DNA from: Heterodontus francisci
Taxonomy: Eukaryota
Assembly: GCF_036365525.1 (NCBI RefSeq)
Contig: NC_090401.1
Coordinates: 24,181,839 to 24,245,838, forward strand
Direction: 5' to 3'
DNA length: 64,000 nt
Both the position numbers and the translations under genes were made by a program. Under the pieces are notes generated by a model. It saw only the letters and a list, made by a program, of their open reading frames with translations, ran no database searches and had not been told where the DNA came from. This document shows positions 1-13,154 of this stretch, one piece after another; positions within the stretch are counted from its first letter, which is position 1, and the number at the start of each line of letters is the position of its first letter.

Positions 1-116
1 CCTCTGTACTGTATATACTTGTCAGATGTTAATAAACCTGTTAGAGATCTTCAGCATAACTGGACTCCATGAATCTCATTTATGTTACATCAGACAACAT
101 AAAATAACTCATCACA
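1..116 (+). mobile_element. 3' part of short solo-LTR-like repeat (family B), cut by the window start
   Basis: AATAAACCTGTTAGAGATCTTCA...GGACTCCATG...CATCAGACAACA aligns by eye with copies at 33164-33412, 52655-52885 and 44513-45417 (minus). Confidence 0.6.
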
Positions 117-279
117 ATATGATGTGTCCTGAAGTTCCCACATGGCACAGGAATTGCAAGCAAAAGGTCTCAGCTGCCCGTCCATGACTAAAAAAAAAAT
201 CTGTTCCCTGTTTTATAATCTACTTATTACCTTGTATTTATCTCTCAACCAACATCAATCGGCAAGACAGATTAACTGG

Positions 280-1155
280 TGTCATGCAGACCCCCACCAG
301 CCAAGAATGAGGCATATTAATTTCATCAGTTGAACATTGATTTTAAACTGTTGCTGGAGTGAAGAAATGATTTGTTAAAGAGATCACCAGATCTTTTACT
401 GGAGGACATTTGCATACTAAGACGATGCTTGTGGAGACAAAGGATACTCCGCGGGCCAATTAACCGAAATGGTATTTTGATCACCAGACATTGAAGGTGT
501 AAGGAAGCGCATTCCAGGGACTGCTAAGATGATACAATCCACAAATGCAGTAGTGGTTAAGCTATTTAGCCACATGACTGACCTGCTGGCTAACTTGGAG
601 TTGAATTGTGCCACACAAAAAGGAACAGAAGGCAGTTTGCACCTGAAGCTGGAACAAGCAAGCCTCTCTGCTCGCTGGCTCTCCTAAGCCACTGGACCCA
701 CGGAAGACACGTAAACCTCAAGGGAGAAAAGACTCCTACATCGTAACAAGTTGAAGCGTGAACTTGGCCCCAATAAACAGCAGAATTACTGGCAACCAAA
801 GACACCACATTGAACTCAATAACTAACAGATATTGCCTCAAACTGTTCCCCTTTATTCTTTCTACTTTTTTTGTCTCTATCTGCGTGTGTGCTTATCGCA
901 TATGCATGTTAGCGTGGTCGTGTCGCATATTTGTAGTTGTTAACATGATTAGAGTTTAAGGTTAATAAATTTCCACCTTTCTTGTTTAAATCTAAGGAAA
1001 CTGTCTGATAGCTTTGCCTTACAATTGGAGCAATGAACAAGGATTCACTGAGGGGGAGTTAAAAACATGGTATTTCTAAAATTAAACCCTGTTATGGTTA
1101 AACCAGGCAAAGGCTGAGAGGAAACCCCTAGACCCCTTCTAACCTGGTCATAACA
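280..1155 (+). mobile_element. Solo LTR (family A, ~875 bp)
   Basis: TGTCATG...CATAACA termini, AATAAA near 964, 4-bp TSD CTGG/CTAG; related copy on the minus strand at 55459-56404. Confidence 0.75.
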
Positions 1156-1235
1156 CTAGACATTATCTTATTGTTCTTTGTGGGACTTTGTTGTTTCCCT
1201 ACATGATAACAGTGAATATACTCCAAAAGTATTTG

Positions 1236-1589
1236 TTTTTAGTTTTTTTAGTTTTCGAGATACAGCACTGAAACAGGCCCTTCGGCCCATCGAGTCTGTG
1301 CCGACCATCAACCACCCATGTTATACTAATCCTACACTAATTCCATATTCCTACCACATGCCCACCTGTCCCTATATTTCCCTACCACCTACCTATAGTA
1401 GGGACAATTTATAATGGCCAATTAACCTATCAACCAGCAAGTCTTTGGCATGTGGGAGGAAACCGGAGCACCCGGAGGAAACCCACACAGACACAGGGAG
1501 AACTTGCAAACTCCACACAGGCAGTACCCAGAATTGAACCCGGGTCGCTGGAGCTGTGAGGCTGCGGTGCTAACCACTGCGCCACTGTG
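1236..1589 (-). mobile_element. HE1-like V-SINE (tRNA-derived)
   Basis: Minus strand has A box TGGCGCAGTGG, B box GGTTCAATTC, V-domain GTGGGTTTCCTCCGGGTGCTCCGGTTTCCTCCCAC and a CR1-like tail; three closely similar copies in the window. Confidence 0.85.
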
Positions 1590-2640
1590 GCTGTAAAACA
1601 AAACATTTGCAGTGGCTTGAGGGCATGAAAGGTACAAGATAAATGCAAGTTCTTTCATTTGCTTAAGACAATGCAAACTGACAGAGAGAGGACATATCAA
1701 TCTAGGCAACTTGGGCTGAATTCAGACGAGGATCCAAGCAGTTAAGAGATAATGCACCAAACAACTGCACCACCCACTTTCTTGAGAATATGTGATTTCC
1801 ATTTTTAAAGATAGTGTGAGTCTAAAATAATTCATCCTGTATCCACTTTTCCTAATTTTATCTTTGCAAAATATTATTTGTTTGACATTCAACCCAATGT
1901 AGTAGGTTGCAGATGTAACGTGATTCTATTGGTACTTGGGTGGCCTGGCACTATATGAAACAGGTCATGTGCCTAAGCTGTAGTTCAAGAAATGGGACAT
2001 GGCTCAAAGGGTCTAAAAGAAGAGAAATGAGTCCAAATAGGATTAAAATAATGTTTGAGAATATAGGAATGGAAGCAGTATTTTTGTTCATGTTTAAATC
2101 TGTTTTAACATAGACATCAAATATTGCAGTTTAACCTCGAAGCAGTGCTAGTCAATCCAATTAATGAGGCAAACTTATTGAGATACTTTAGCTACACTCA
2201 AAATACATTGACAGGACAATCCTGCATAATTGAGCATGATATCAAAGGGATAGCTTATTTACATTAGTCCAAAAGGTGCTGATGTAACAAAACCCACAGC
2301 AATCCAGCATGGCAGCCCTGCTTACACAGGGCACGACATCTGATGCTTTTGAATAGAGTGAGTGTTCAAACAACAAGACAACTAAGCAATTTCTAAGAAC
2401 ATTATCAAATGGATAATTAATTATTTAACTGAATAAAATCTCAACTAATTCATTATGGCAGTACAGTATTGCTTTCTGAGTGAGAAGGGAACTGATTTCA
2501 AGTATTTTAAACAGGGTTCTTTCATGACCTTTAGCGACAATACTGAAAAGTGTGCATATAAACCTAGACACAGAAGCCAGGGTAGTAGATAGTTTGCAAG
2601 TAGTTGAAGGGAGACCATTTCATCATTTAAGAGTGAGTGA

Positions 2641-3093
2641 AGAAAGAGCTTGCATTTATATAGTGCCTTTCATAGCCTTAGACTATCCCAAATACATTAG
2701 CCAAGTTGGTTAGAGTGTTGGGCATGTTAATGCCAACAGTGTGGGTTCAATACCTGTACCAGCTGAGGCAGTTCTTGATGCCTGCTTCCTCGCCTTGCCC
2801 CATAATGATATCATGACATAAGCCATGATTAGCAAACCTCGGATAACTAGAATACTCCATCGAGAGATGATGTCCCAAAGTGCTTTGTAGCCAAGAAATA
2901 CTTTTGAAGTGCAGTCATGGTTGTAATGAAGGAAATGTGGCAGCCAATGTTTTCACACAGCAAGGTCCCACAAACGCCAATGTAATAATTACCAGATAAT
3001 CCATTTTAGAGATGTTGTTTGAGGGATAAATATTGGCCAGGACACCAAGGCAACATTCCTGCTCTCCTTCAAATGGCACTATAGGATCTTTTG
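2641..3093 (-). mobile_element. DeuSINE 3' half, interrupted by a short tRNA-Ile-derived element
   Basis: CTTGCATTTATATAGTGCCTTT...GTCCCAAAGTGCTTT...CACAGCAAGGTCCCACAAAC...GAGGGATAAATATTGGCCAGGACACC. Confidence 0.7.
2693..2872 (+). mobile_element. Short tRNA-Ile-like SINE or retroposed tRNA-derived element
   Basis: TTAGCCAAGTTGGTTAGAGTG...TAATGCCAA..GGGTTCAATACCTGTAC resembles tRNA-Ile(AAT); flanked by TSD TCCCAAA (2686-2692 / 2873-2879). Confidence 0.6.
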
Positions 3094-3311
3094 TGATGGA
3101 ATATAGGTATACTAGGCTGAATTAGGTAGCATTTAGAAATGGTTAATACATTATACCTTTTTAGAATTAAAGATTGAATAAATAGTCAGTTTTCAAAACT
3201 CACTGAAATTCCCCTTTAAGAAGGTAGAGTTAAATATTTCAAGGTCCCTGTTAGAATATAATTTCTGTTGCCAGGGAACTGGAAGATAAACACACACATT
3301 GAAATATCCTG

Positions 3312-3829
3312 TGTGACATCAGTAAGAGGTAGCAATAAACTTGATTAGCTTATGGGGTTGTTGATGCAGACAGATCGGCTGTGCAGGTTGCTTGAAGGTA
3401 CCATAAAAAAGGCAATTATGGATAATAAAACAATAAATCAAAATGGGCTTACAGGAACAAGAGGTCAAGTAAACACAATTATAAACATTTTGACCAGATA
3501 AAAGCTCACAACTTCGAAAAACAGGAGATTTCCAGGAAAACATTAAGTGGAGAGTTAGTTAATGATGCTTTCAAAATCCATATTTGGTAGTAAGAAAAGC
3601 ACACACAGAAAGGTAGCATCCATATGCTAAGAGGTCACATGACACCTTAGAAATAGTATAAACAGTTCCTCAAACAATACTTCTCATCCCCTGCCTTACT
3701 CAGGGGATTTAAAGTAAAAGTTTGCTTTAAATTTTGATGGATATTCTGGATATTCTAAGATAATTTTGCTGGAACATTAGCAAGGTTAAACTTTTGGATT
3801 CTAAGTTAGAAATAAGAATATGTGTTACA
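3312..3829. repeat. Possible old solo LTR
   Basis: TGTGACA...TGTTACA termini and the GTCACATGAC motif (3634) shared with other LTRs; no clear TSD or second copy. Confidence 0.3.
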
Positions 3830-4231
3830 TCTCTCAGTAATATTTGATATTGTGATATACTTATCCACTTAAGAAGTTTATTGCATGTTAAATTCTTTAA
3901 TAGATATATAAAAGTTTATAAATCGTCTCATGTAGTATTCAGTATATAACTACAAGAACCCCCTCTCTGTGTCTCTTTAAGTGGAGAGATACATATTGAA
4001 GAGAGTTTCCCAGACCCTTATAATATCTGGGATATTTATGGCCTAGCCATAACAAAAATAGGCTATCCGAAAGATGGTAACATTCTCTGTTGGTTTTCTT
4101 TTTTGAGGGAAAGCTAGTGCAATTCTTTGGACCCAAATAAGCGTCTGAGAATTTGTCTGGTTTGAACTTGATTAAAGGATGTAGGGATGTACTCCTGATT
4201 TGGTTTAGTCCCTATATATTCTGATATTCAA

Positions 4232-6876
4232 GGACGACATCAGGGCGGTGCTGAGAGATGATATAGGTTCTATGGAGAATGAGGTTGAATCCATTTGGGT
4301 GGAAATTAGAAACTCTAAGAAGAAAAAGTCATTGATAGGCGTAGTCTATAGGCCACCAAATAATAACATCACATTGGGGCGGGCAATAAACAAAGAAATA
4401 ACTAATGCCTGTAAAAATGGTATGGCAATTATCATGGGGGATTTTAATCTACATGTAGATTGGTCGAACCAGCTCAGTCAGGGTAGCCTTGAGGAGGAGT
4501 TCGTTGAGTGTATCCGTGATAGTTTTCTTGAACAGTATGTAATGGAACCGACGAGGGAGCAAGCTATCCTAGATCTAGTCCTGTGTAATGAGACAGGAAT
4601 AATTAATGACCTCATAGTTAGGGATCCTCTTGGAAGGAGTGATCACAGTATGGTTGAATTTAGAATACAGATGGAGAGTGTGAAGATAAAATCCAATACC
4701 AGGGTCCTGCGCTTGAACAAGGGGGACTACAATAGAATGAGGGAGGACTTGGCTAAAGTAGACTGGAAACAAAGATTTTATGGTGGGACAGTTGACGTGC
4801 AGTGGAGGACTTTCAAAGCAATTTTTCAAAGTGCTCAGCAAAAGTATATTCCAGTGAAAAGGAAGGACTGGAAGAAAAGGGGTAATCTGCCATGGGTGTC
4901 TAAGGAAATAAGGGAGGCTATCAAATTGAAAGAGAAGGCATACAAAGTGGCCAAAAACAGCATGAAACTAGAAGATTGGGAAAACTTTAAAGGTCAACAG
5001 AAAGCCACAAAAAGAGCTATAAAGAAAAGTAAGATAGAACATGAGAAAAAACTAGCACAGAATATAAAGACAGATAGCAAAAGTTTCCATAAATATATAA
5101 AACGAAAAAGAGTGGCTAAAGTAAAAGTTGGTCCTTTAGAGGATGAGAAGGGGAATTTAGTTATGGGATATGATGAAATGGCCGAGGCATTGAACAGGTA
5201 TTTTGTATCGGTCTTCACAGTGGAGGACATTAATAACATGCCAGTAATTGACAAAGAGACGAACATAGGTGAGGACCTGGAAACAATCATTATTACGGAA
5301 GAGTTAGTGTAGGGCAAGTTAATGGAGCTAAGGATTGATAAGTCTCCTGGCCCTGATGGAATGCATCCCAGGGTACTAAAAGAGATGGCGGGAGAAATAG
5401 CAGGTGCACTGGCGGTAATTTTCCAAAATTCGCTGGACTCTGGGGTAGTCCCAGCAGATTGGAAAACAGCAGATGTGACGCCACTGTTTAAAAAGGGAGG
5501 TAGACAAAAGATGGGGAATTATAGACCGGTTAGCTTAACCTCTGTAGTGGGGAAGATGCTTGAGTCTATTATCAAGGAAGAAATAGCAGGGCATCTCGAT
5601 AGAAATTGTCCCGTTGGGCAGACGCAGCATGGGATCATGAAGGGCAGGTCATGCTTGACAAATCTTTTGGAATTCTATGATGACATTACGAGCAAGGTGG
5701 ACAATGGGGACCCAGTGGATGTGGTGCACCTAGATTTCCAAAAGGCCTTCGAAAAGGCCGCACAAGAGGCTGCTGCATAAGATAAGGATACATGGCGTTA
5801 GGGGTAAAGTATTAGCATGGATAGAGGATTGGTTGACTAACAGGAAGCAGAGAGTGGGGATAAATGAGTGCTATTCTGGTTGGCAATCAGTCACTAGTGG
5901 TGTGCCTCAGGGATCGGTGTTGGGATCGCAATTATTTACAATTTATATAGATGATTTGGACCACGTGTAGGTTGTCAAAGTTTGCAGATGACACTAAGAT
6001 GAGTGGCAGAGCAAAGTGTGCAGATGACTGTGAAACTTTGCAGAGGAACATAGATACATTGAGTGAGTGGGCAGATGGAATACAATGTTAATAAATGTGA
6101 AGTCATTCATTTCGGTAGGAGTAACAGTAAAAAGGATTATTACTTGAATGGTAAAAAGTTGCAGCATGCTGCTATGCAGAGGGACCTGGGTGTCCCTGTG
6201 CATGAATCGCAGAAGGTTGGTCTGCAGGTACAGCAAGTAATTAGGAAGGCAAATGGAATTTTGTCCTTCATTGCTAAAGGGATTGAGTTTAAAAGCAGAG
6301 AGGTTATGTTGCAGCTGTATAAGGTACTGGTGAGGCCGCACCTGGAATACTGTGTGCAGTTTTGGTCTCCTTACTTGGTGCAGAGGAGGTTCACTAGGTT
6401 GATTCCAGAGTTGAGGGGGTTGGCTTATGAGGAGAGACTGAGTAGATTGGGATTATATTCATTGGAATTCAGAAGAATGAGGGGGGATCTTATAGAAACA
6501 TATAAAATTATGAAGGGAATAGATAAGATACAAGTAGAGAGGATGTTTCCACTGGCAGGTGAAGCTAGGACAAGATGGCATAGCCTCAAGATTAGAGGGA
6601 GCAGATTTAGGACTGAATTAAGAAGGAACTTCTTCACCCAGAGGGTTGTTAATCTATGGAATTCCTTGCCCAGTGAAGTAGTTGACGCTTCTTCAGTAAA
6701 TGTTTTTAAAGCTAAGGTAGATATCTTTTTGAACAATAAAGGAATTAAGGGATACGGTGAGAGCGCGGGTAAGTGGATCTGAGTCCACGAAAAGATCAGC
6801 CATGATCTTATTGAATGGCGGAGCAGGCTCGAGGGGCCGGACGGCCTACTCCTGCTCCTAGTTCTTATGATCTTAT
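4232..6876 (+). mobile_element. CR1-clade LINE, 5'-truncated, ORF2 disrupted
   Basis: ORFs 4248-5312 (GVVYRPP, MGDFN, LDLV, SDH endonuclease motifs), 5322-5780 (KSPGPDG, NYRPVSLTS, LDFQKAF), FADDTK near 5981, 6063-6782 (RPHLEYC..RRMRGDLIE); 3' UTR ending GTTCTTATGATCTTAT. Confidence 0.95.
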
Positions 6877-6899
6877 AAGGGGTTAAAGTCATAAATCAC

Positions 6900-7037
6900 T
6901 TTTATGCCCATCTGAGAACAGACAGTCCTCAATAATCTCATCCAAAAGATGGCAGCTCAGACAGTGTAACACTCCTTTGAAGTGTCAGCCTGCATTATGC
7001 TCTTTAAGTCTCTGTATGGGTCTTGGACTCATAACCC
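6900..7037 (-). mobile_element. DeuSINE 5'/central fragment
   Basis: CTCATCCAAAAGATGGCAGCTCAGACAGTGTAACACTCC..GTGTCAGCCT resembles the SacSINE1/AmnSINE1 central region. Confidence 0.45.
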
Positions 7038-7629
7038 TTTAAACATTTGTAGTAATGGAAGATATGGAGCTATGGTAAGACAGCAGGGCAGTGGAATTCC
7101 TTTTGAATTTCTCTAGCAGAGATCTAGCACTGTCACCATTGGCTGAATACCCTCCTTCTGTGCTGTACACATCAATGGTTCTATCTATCTAAATAAGCTC
7201 AGTCCAAAGTCAGGTTTGATTCACAGCCTGTCGGATGTTCATATCCAAACTAGGATGAGTTCATTCATCCTAGACTCAATGTTGATATGACTTTGAACTG
7301 AATTGCTATTTTTCGAGTGCATTGTCAAAATGCTTCAGATGACCTGGTTTTGGTGCTATGAGAAATAATGTTTAATGGATCTGTGACATTAACTGTGGGG
7401 TCTGAAAGTACAGCCATTAAAATGACTTGGATATTGGGCCAGTGAGAATGTGTTCAAATTTTCAGACAATGCTAAAATAGAAGGCAATTAGCATAATTCT
7501 GAGGCCCAAATGAAACTGTGAGGGGATATTGATAAGATGATGGAATTGGCAAAAGAGTGGCAGATAGATTTCAATGGCAGCAAATGTAAGGTGGAACATT
7601 TTGGTTAAAAAATAAAAGTCATAGTCTTG

Positions 7630-7727
7630 ACAAAAGCAAAATACTATGGATGCTGCAAATTTGAAATAAAAACAAAAAATGCTGGAAATACTCAGTAGGT
7701 CAGGAAACATCTGTGGAAAGTGAAACA
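7630..7727 (-). repeat. Penelope pseudo-LTR tail fragment
   Basis: AAAAGCAAAATACT..GGATGCTG..GAAATAAAAACA..TGCTGGAAATACTCAG..CATCTGTGGA is the reverse complement of 23230-23340. Confidence 0.65.
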
Positions 7728-7876
7728 ATAATAATCTGTACTTTGAATGGCAGCAGACTGGATGATGTGGAAGAAGAGAGGCATTTGGAAGTTTAGGTTC
7801 ATAAACAGCAATGAAATATTGGGTTTTATGGCAAGAGGTATGGACTATAAAAGTTCAGATGTAATGGTCATTATAT

Positions 7877-8849
7877 TGTTATGACCTCAGTTGAGATCTT
7901 TAACTTTAAAACCAGAGCTATGAACACCCCAGACCAATTTAAAATAGGTCAGAACAAGTTTTCATGTTTTAAGACTTTTACTTTAGTTAATGTTGTTTTT
8001 TAGTTTAGTAGTTAAACAGTACTTTGCAAGTAGCTAGTACACTAAATTGCAAAGAAAGGTATTTCCCCTTATCTTATTAAAACACTTGAAAACCCCACAC
8101 CATATTTATATGTTACATAGTGTCATCATTGAAGCAATATCTTGGCAGTTAAAAGTCACAAGCTCCTCCCAGTTGCAATGTGTTGGTTCTCATAGTCCTT
8201 CTCAATGTCAATGTCCTCTTCGCTCACTTCTTCCAAGCACTTTCGATCTGGATTTCCGTGAATAAGGCAATCTCTGTCGACCCTGTTGGTCTTTTTCCTT
8301 CACAAATCTCAGCTTTTGAATTCAGTTCAAGTCTTCACAGCCTTTCGCTGTATCAGTGTTCTGAGAGTAGTTGTTTTCTCTCTCTTTCTTCTGATGCTGC
8401 CACTCCTGGTCTTTGTGTCTTCTGGCCTTCCTTACAGCCTTCTGAAAGCCAGTTGAATATATCCAAAATCCAAATTCAATAGTCATTTGCCTTTTTCAAT
8501 ATGCAGAGTCCACAAGTCAGGCCACAGCAGAATCACTCGGGTCTTCTTTCCTTTCCTGGTGTTAAAAATTTCAACTGAAACTTACACCTTCAGAACCTTT
8601 TGGCTCCTTATTTATGATCTCAGAGTCTGCGAGAGTGAAACTCATTGTTTTTCAGCTGTTGCAACCTTGCATTCTGTTTTCAAAAGGGTTGTTGATCTGA
8701 GTTCTTTGTTTGCATGGTAACCAAGACCCCGACCTCTTTCTGAGCAGACTTGTGTGAGGTCACATGACTTCTCTAACTCCATTTTACACTGCATTAAAAA
8801 TCACAGTTTGAAAAACATAATCATATTACAAAGTCCAGCATTCAGAACA
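7877..8849. mobile_element. Solo LTR (family C, ~970 bp)
   Basis: TGTTATGA...TCAGAACA inverted termini; cleanly splits a CR1 fragment; contains GTCACATGAC at 8759. Confidence 0.6.
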
Positions 8850-11267
8850 TGATATAACATTTTTGTAACAACACAGTTATAGTACTGTGTGAAGTTTCAG
8901 GCCCCTGAATAATGAAAGGATGTTGTAGCAATAGAGAGGGTACAGCACAGGTTCACTATGATGCTGAGGAAATACAAATACGGTCAGGATGTTTGGTCAT
9001 CATTCTGCTCTTCTTGAGGAAGAGCTATTGAGGCCATTCAAATCTCCATTTCACAAAGGCCAATGCTGTCCAACCTGAGGTCCTGGGGCACAGAACATAC
9101 TGCTTTCAAAGCTCAGGCTACTGAAATATATTTGTGCTTATATTTCTTAATTGCTGGTTTTGCCCCTTTATTTTGAATGTTGTGAGCTTGAATTTTTGGA
9201 AATGGCTAAGTTTAGTGCTGTTTTCTCATCAGTGGATAAAATCTCATCAAAACACCAAATTCTGTTGGGATCAGCATCTGGAGATGTATGCAAACTAATG
9301 GATCTAAACTTTATGTGTGGGTTTGAGGCTCTGAGTCCTGTAAAAGCCAAAGCTTGGAGAACACTCAAATGCACCATTTACAATCCTCCTGCTTAATCAC
9401 CTGAGGAAGTACTTGGCCTCGAACCTCAATGAAATGGTTGGCTGCTGAAAGTAATAGAGCAAACCCTTCAGGATATTGATCTGACATTACAATCTACCAT
9501 TAATTGCAGGCTAGAAGCATTCTGTAGAAGCTCCAAAAAAACTAAAAGCTCAGGGGTACATTGAACATCGATTCACTTATGTGTGTGCTTCTCCCTGTAA
9601 CTTATAATCTTTTTATTTAATGGCATTTTTGCCAGAATTTTATAGGAATTAAAAGCTGAGTGGAAGAGAGGGAAGTGTTCTTGGTGAATGCATAGAGTCA
9701 TAGGCTCCTTAAAAATGAAGCACAATTGTTGTACCAGTTCCTGCTCTACAAACCAATTGCAGATTTCACAACTATACACATGAGGAGCTCATGGTCTCAT
9801 TCATCTGTGCGTGATGCAGTCAGGCAGGAAGGAGCAGAGCTCTGGCGATGCAAAATGTTGGATCTAAACAGATGGAAGGAGTTGCTGAGGTTTGATCTAC
9901 CCAGTGATACCTTTCAGCAAGAAAGGAAACCTTATGAGCAAAAGAATCAGGGGCCTAGAAAGAAGAGGAGTAATTGTTACAAGAAAAGCAAGATGGATCT
10001 TGGGATTAAAAAAGGAAAGAATTGTGAATTTCGGAAATCTAAAGACAGAAATGATCAGTAGACACTGGAAAAGGAAACTCAAGTTAACATTTCATGTGGG
10101 ATTCTTCATTAGTGCTGATATCATCAAAGGAAATACTGTGTAATAGGACAGACCACAATAGTTGTCAGGCTGAGTAGCATGTGTATCCATTGGGAGGATT
10201 GCATGGTGTAATGCCAATTCTGCTATTTCATCCCTAGATTTTCACATACCACATTGCATCTTTTGATTTCTTGATCCATTTTTGAAGCAACAATACTGAC
10301 CAATGTAAAAGCTGATCAGGAATATTTACAAGAAAATCTGCCCAGTTCTACTGACTTGATATTGAACTTTAATAGATGGTGAGGTCTGTTCAACATCTGA
10401 ATCTGTTGTTGAAGGTGTAGTAGAATGCTTTTGTCTTGCAGCTCAAAGAATCGCAGATTTTCAACTTGAGGGATTGGGTCAGCTGGAGCACAATTGAGTA
10501 GAAAATCTATCGAGCATGACTTCAACAACATATTTGTACAGTGTCTTTAATGTAGTAAAACATTCCAAGGTTGTTCTGTGTTCTTAAGTCTTCATTAAAT
10601 TATAACCACAGGTTTTATAGTGGGATTCAACACAAACACTATTTATTGTCTTACTTATCTACATTGTATGATCTCAGGTCCAGGTCTTTTCCTCACTGGT
10701 GTGTGCATGTTCTTTGCAAGCCATGTGTTGAGTGTGTCACAAAATGGTGTCTCCTTATATATGTATGATGATGCAATCAGTTATATCAGTGGTCTGGTCT
10801 CTTAAAGGTAACATTTCTTAAAGGCAAAGTCACTGCTACACATTAAATTACTTCCTTATTTTAGATTTAAATTTACACCCTTTTCTTTTAAAATTAACAG
10901 TTATTCTCTAGCTACTTAATAATGCAAAATTACATTGAACAAAACTCATTTGGACTGAAGTTTGAAAATTTGAAGGTGATAGGTTTCAGGCACATTACCC
11001 TCAATACTAAACTTTTTCCCGCCTGGCTTCCGTCATCATCGATGCATGTCTTTAAATCAGACACATAATCGATGAGGTCTCGATGATCTCTGTGGAGCTT
11101 GCAGTATCGATCTCTGCTGTGCTTGATTTGTCTGGGCTACGTCTTGAGTTGTTGCACATGTGAAGTCATTGAAATTTTCCTCATCACTTTCTTCTGGAAT
11201 TGTTTTAGCATTGACTCTTTTGAAGAAGGTTGCGTTTGTCTTCACAATGTAGTTTCCTCACTTTGCT

Positions 11268-11616
11268 ATGACAGGGTTGTTGCAGGAAGGATGTTCCCCC
11301 TGGCTGAAGGGTCTAGAACCAGGGGACACAGTCTCAGAATAACAGATAGGCAATTAAGACGGAGATCAGAAGGAATTTCTTCACTCAGAAGGTGGTGACT
11401 CTTTGTAATTCTCTACCCAAGAAGATTGTGGCGGCTCAGTCATTGAGTATGTTCAAGACAGAGATTGATAGATTTCTAGATATTAAAGATATCAAAGGAT
11501 ATGGAGAAAGTACAGGAAAATGGCATTGAGGCACAAAATCAGCCATGATCCAGTTGAATGGCGGAGCAGGCTCGAGGGGGCGAATGGCCTATTCCTCTTA
11601 TTTCCTAAGTTCCTAT
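11268..11616 (+). mobile_element. CR1 3' end fragment inserted in the Gypsy integrase remnant
   Basis: RMFPLAEGSRTRGHSLRI..; 3' UTR TCAGCCATGATC..GAATGGCGGAGCAGGCTCGAGGGG matches 6797-6870. Confidence 0.85.
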
Positions 11617-13154
11617 ATTTCCTTTTATCGAACTATCGTAAACACTTTCGGGTCAAATGGTAAACTAATTTTTGATGTTTTCTCTTGCCGAACTAGGACT
11701 ATATCTCATTCTCTTATCTTGTTATCTTTTGCATGCATCCATTGGTGTGAATGTGTCTCTATTCATTGTTTTTGACCCTTGCCTCTATCTCTCAAGCTTT
11801 CCATTGACTGAATGCAGGTTTGAGTAGGCGTGCATTGTGACAGTGGATATTCCTTCGGGATTTCTTCTTTAGTCAGGTGGTTCTGTCCTCTGACAGTGTT
11901 GATTGTGATCAGCTTCAATTTGCTGGCAGTTTTGAATCTTAGCAGATTTCCCCTGTTTGAGTCCAAAACATGGAACTCAGTCTGACATGTGACTCCATGG
12001 GAGGATTTGAGAGTAACATGGATGATCCCTAGGACCGTAGAGGGATATCTCATCTGTAGGAGAAGATTTTAAATATCGGCATGCTCAATTGCAGCTTCTG
12101 TTTTTCCTGTAACTTGTTGAATGTCAGGGCATCCATTATGTTGACCATTGCTCCTGAGTGAATTAGTGCAAAGATTGTCAAAATTGCCTATGAACACATC
12201 ACAGGTGGGCAGGCATCAGTACTAGTGGTTGTGAGCAACAAAAATCTTCTCTCTTGATGCTAATATGTAACCTTCCTCTGGCATTTAACTCTATTAATGT
12301 CTGCTGCAGGCTTGAATTGGCATACTCTTGTCAACTGCCCATTTTTACACAGGCTTTACACTTCTTCCTCTCACAGGACATATCCTTACAGTGACAATAT
12401 GCACCACCATGATTGCATGTTTGAATGTGATGGGATGATGATCTCTGTCTTGGTCTTCCTTGATGTGCTTGGGCCTTTCTCTGGGTTTCCTCTGTGCCCT
12501 TGTGTTTCTCTGGTGAAACTTCTCTTTTGTGGCATTTACAGATTATGTCAACAATCCTGACCCGTCCCCAAAGGATTCTCATCTGATGTTGTTGTACCCT
12601 TTCCCTTCTAAGACTTCGGCTTGTCTTTCTCTGGATTCCAGTGTTCTGCCAATCTCAAGTAACATTTGCAAATTTAACAATTTGCCCCTCGAAGAGTTTG
12701 CCTTCTTAGTCTCGGTGTTTGGCAGGTCAAAGTGATCTAGGTGATGATTTCTTTGTCCACGTCTGAGAAGTTGCAAATGTGGCTCAGACTTCTGAGTCTC
12801 AGCACATAGTGATCAAGGGTCTCGCACTAGTTTTGTTTTGCTTGCCTGAAGACATATATTTCATAATTAGGATTTTCCCTCAGTTGAAAATATCTTATTA
12901 GAGCAGTCTTTGCTGCCTCATAATCAACGTCAGTTCCGGTGTCTGTGATTGAAGATATCATTAACTTTTGGTCCATCATGGTGTAGGAAAAATGCTCTTT
13001 TTCTTTAGGGTAAATTGAAAATGAGTCCCACCATTAGGCATTAAAATATTGTTTAGTTTTAGTTTAGAGATACAGCACTGAAACAGGCCCTTCGGCCCAC
13101 CGAGTCTGTGCTGACCATCAACCACCCATTTATACTAATCCGACACTAATTCCA

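Larger units (their letters stand above)
235..1656 (+). mobile_element. DeuSINE (SacSINE1-like) 3' half, interrupted by a solo LTR and an HE1-like SINE
   Basis: CTCAACCAACATC..ACAGATTAACTGG | ..CATTATC..TTTGTGGGA..CAAAAGTA | TGGCTGTAAA..ATGAAAGG..AAATGCAAGTTCTTT is continuous across both insertions; same motif series at 2641, 30255, 36235, 36445, 40895. Confidence 0.65.
7465..8975 (+). mobile_element. Old CR1 RT C-terminal fragment, interrupted by a Penelope pLTR fragment and a solo LTR
   Basis: AAGAGTGGCAGATAGATTTCAAT..AAATGTAAGGTG..; after the LTR, AGTACTGTGTGAAGTTT..GAGAGGGTACAG continues the CR1 consensus. Confidence 0.6.

Noticed and set aside
2693-2765. Functional tRNA-Ile gene
   Set aside because: Stems and anticodon arm are degenerate, and it lies within a TSD-bounded insertion
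9000-10520. Ancient LINE/RT remnant
   Set aside because: Only faint hints (for example ISFDDI on the minus strand near 10120); too decayed to support a call
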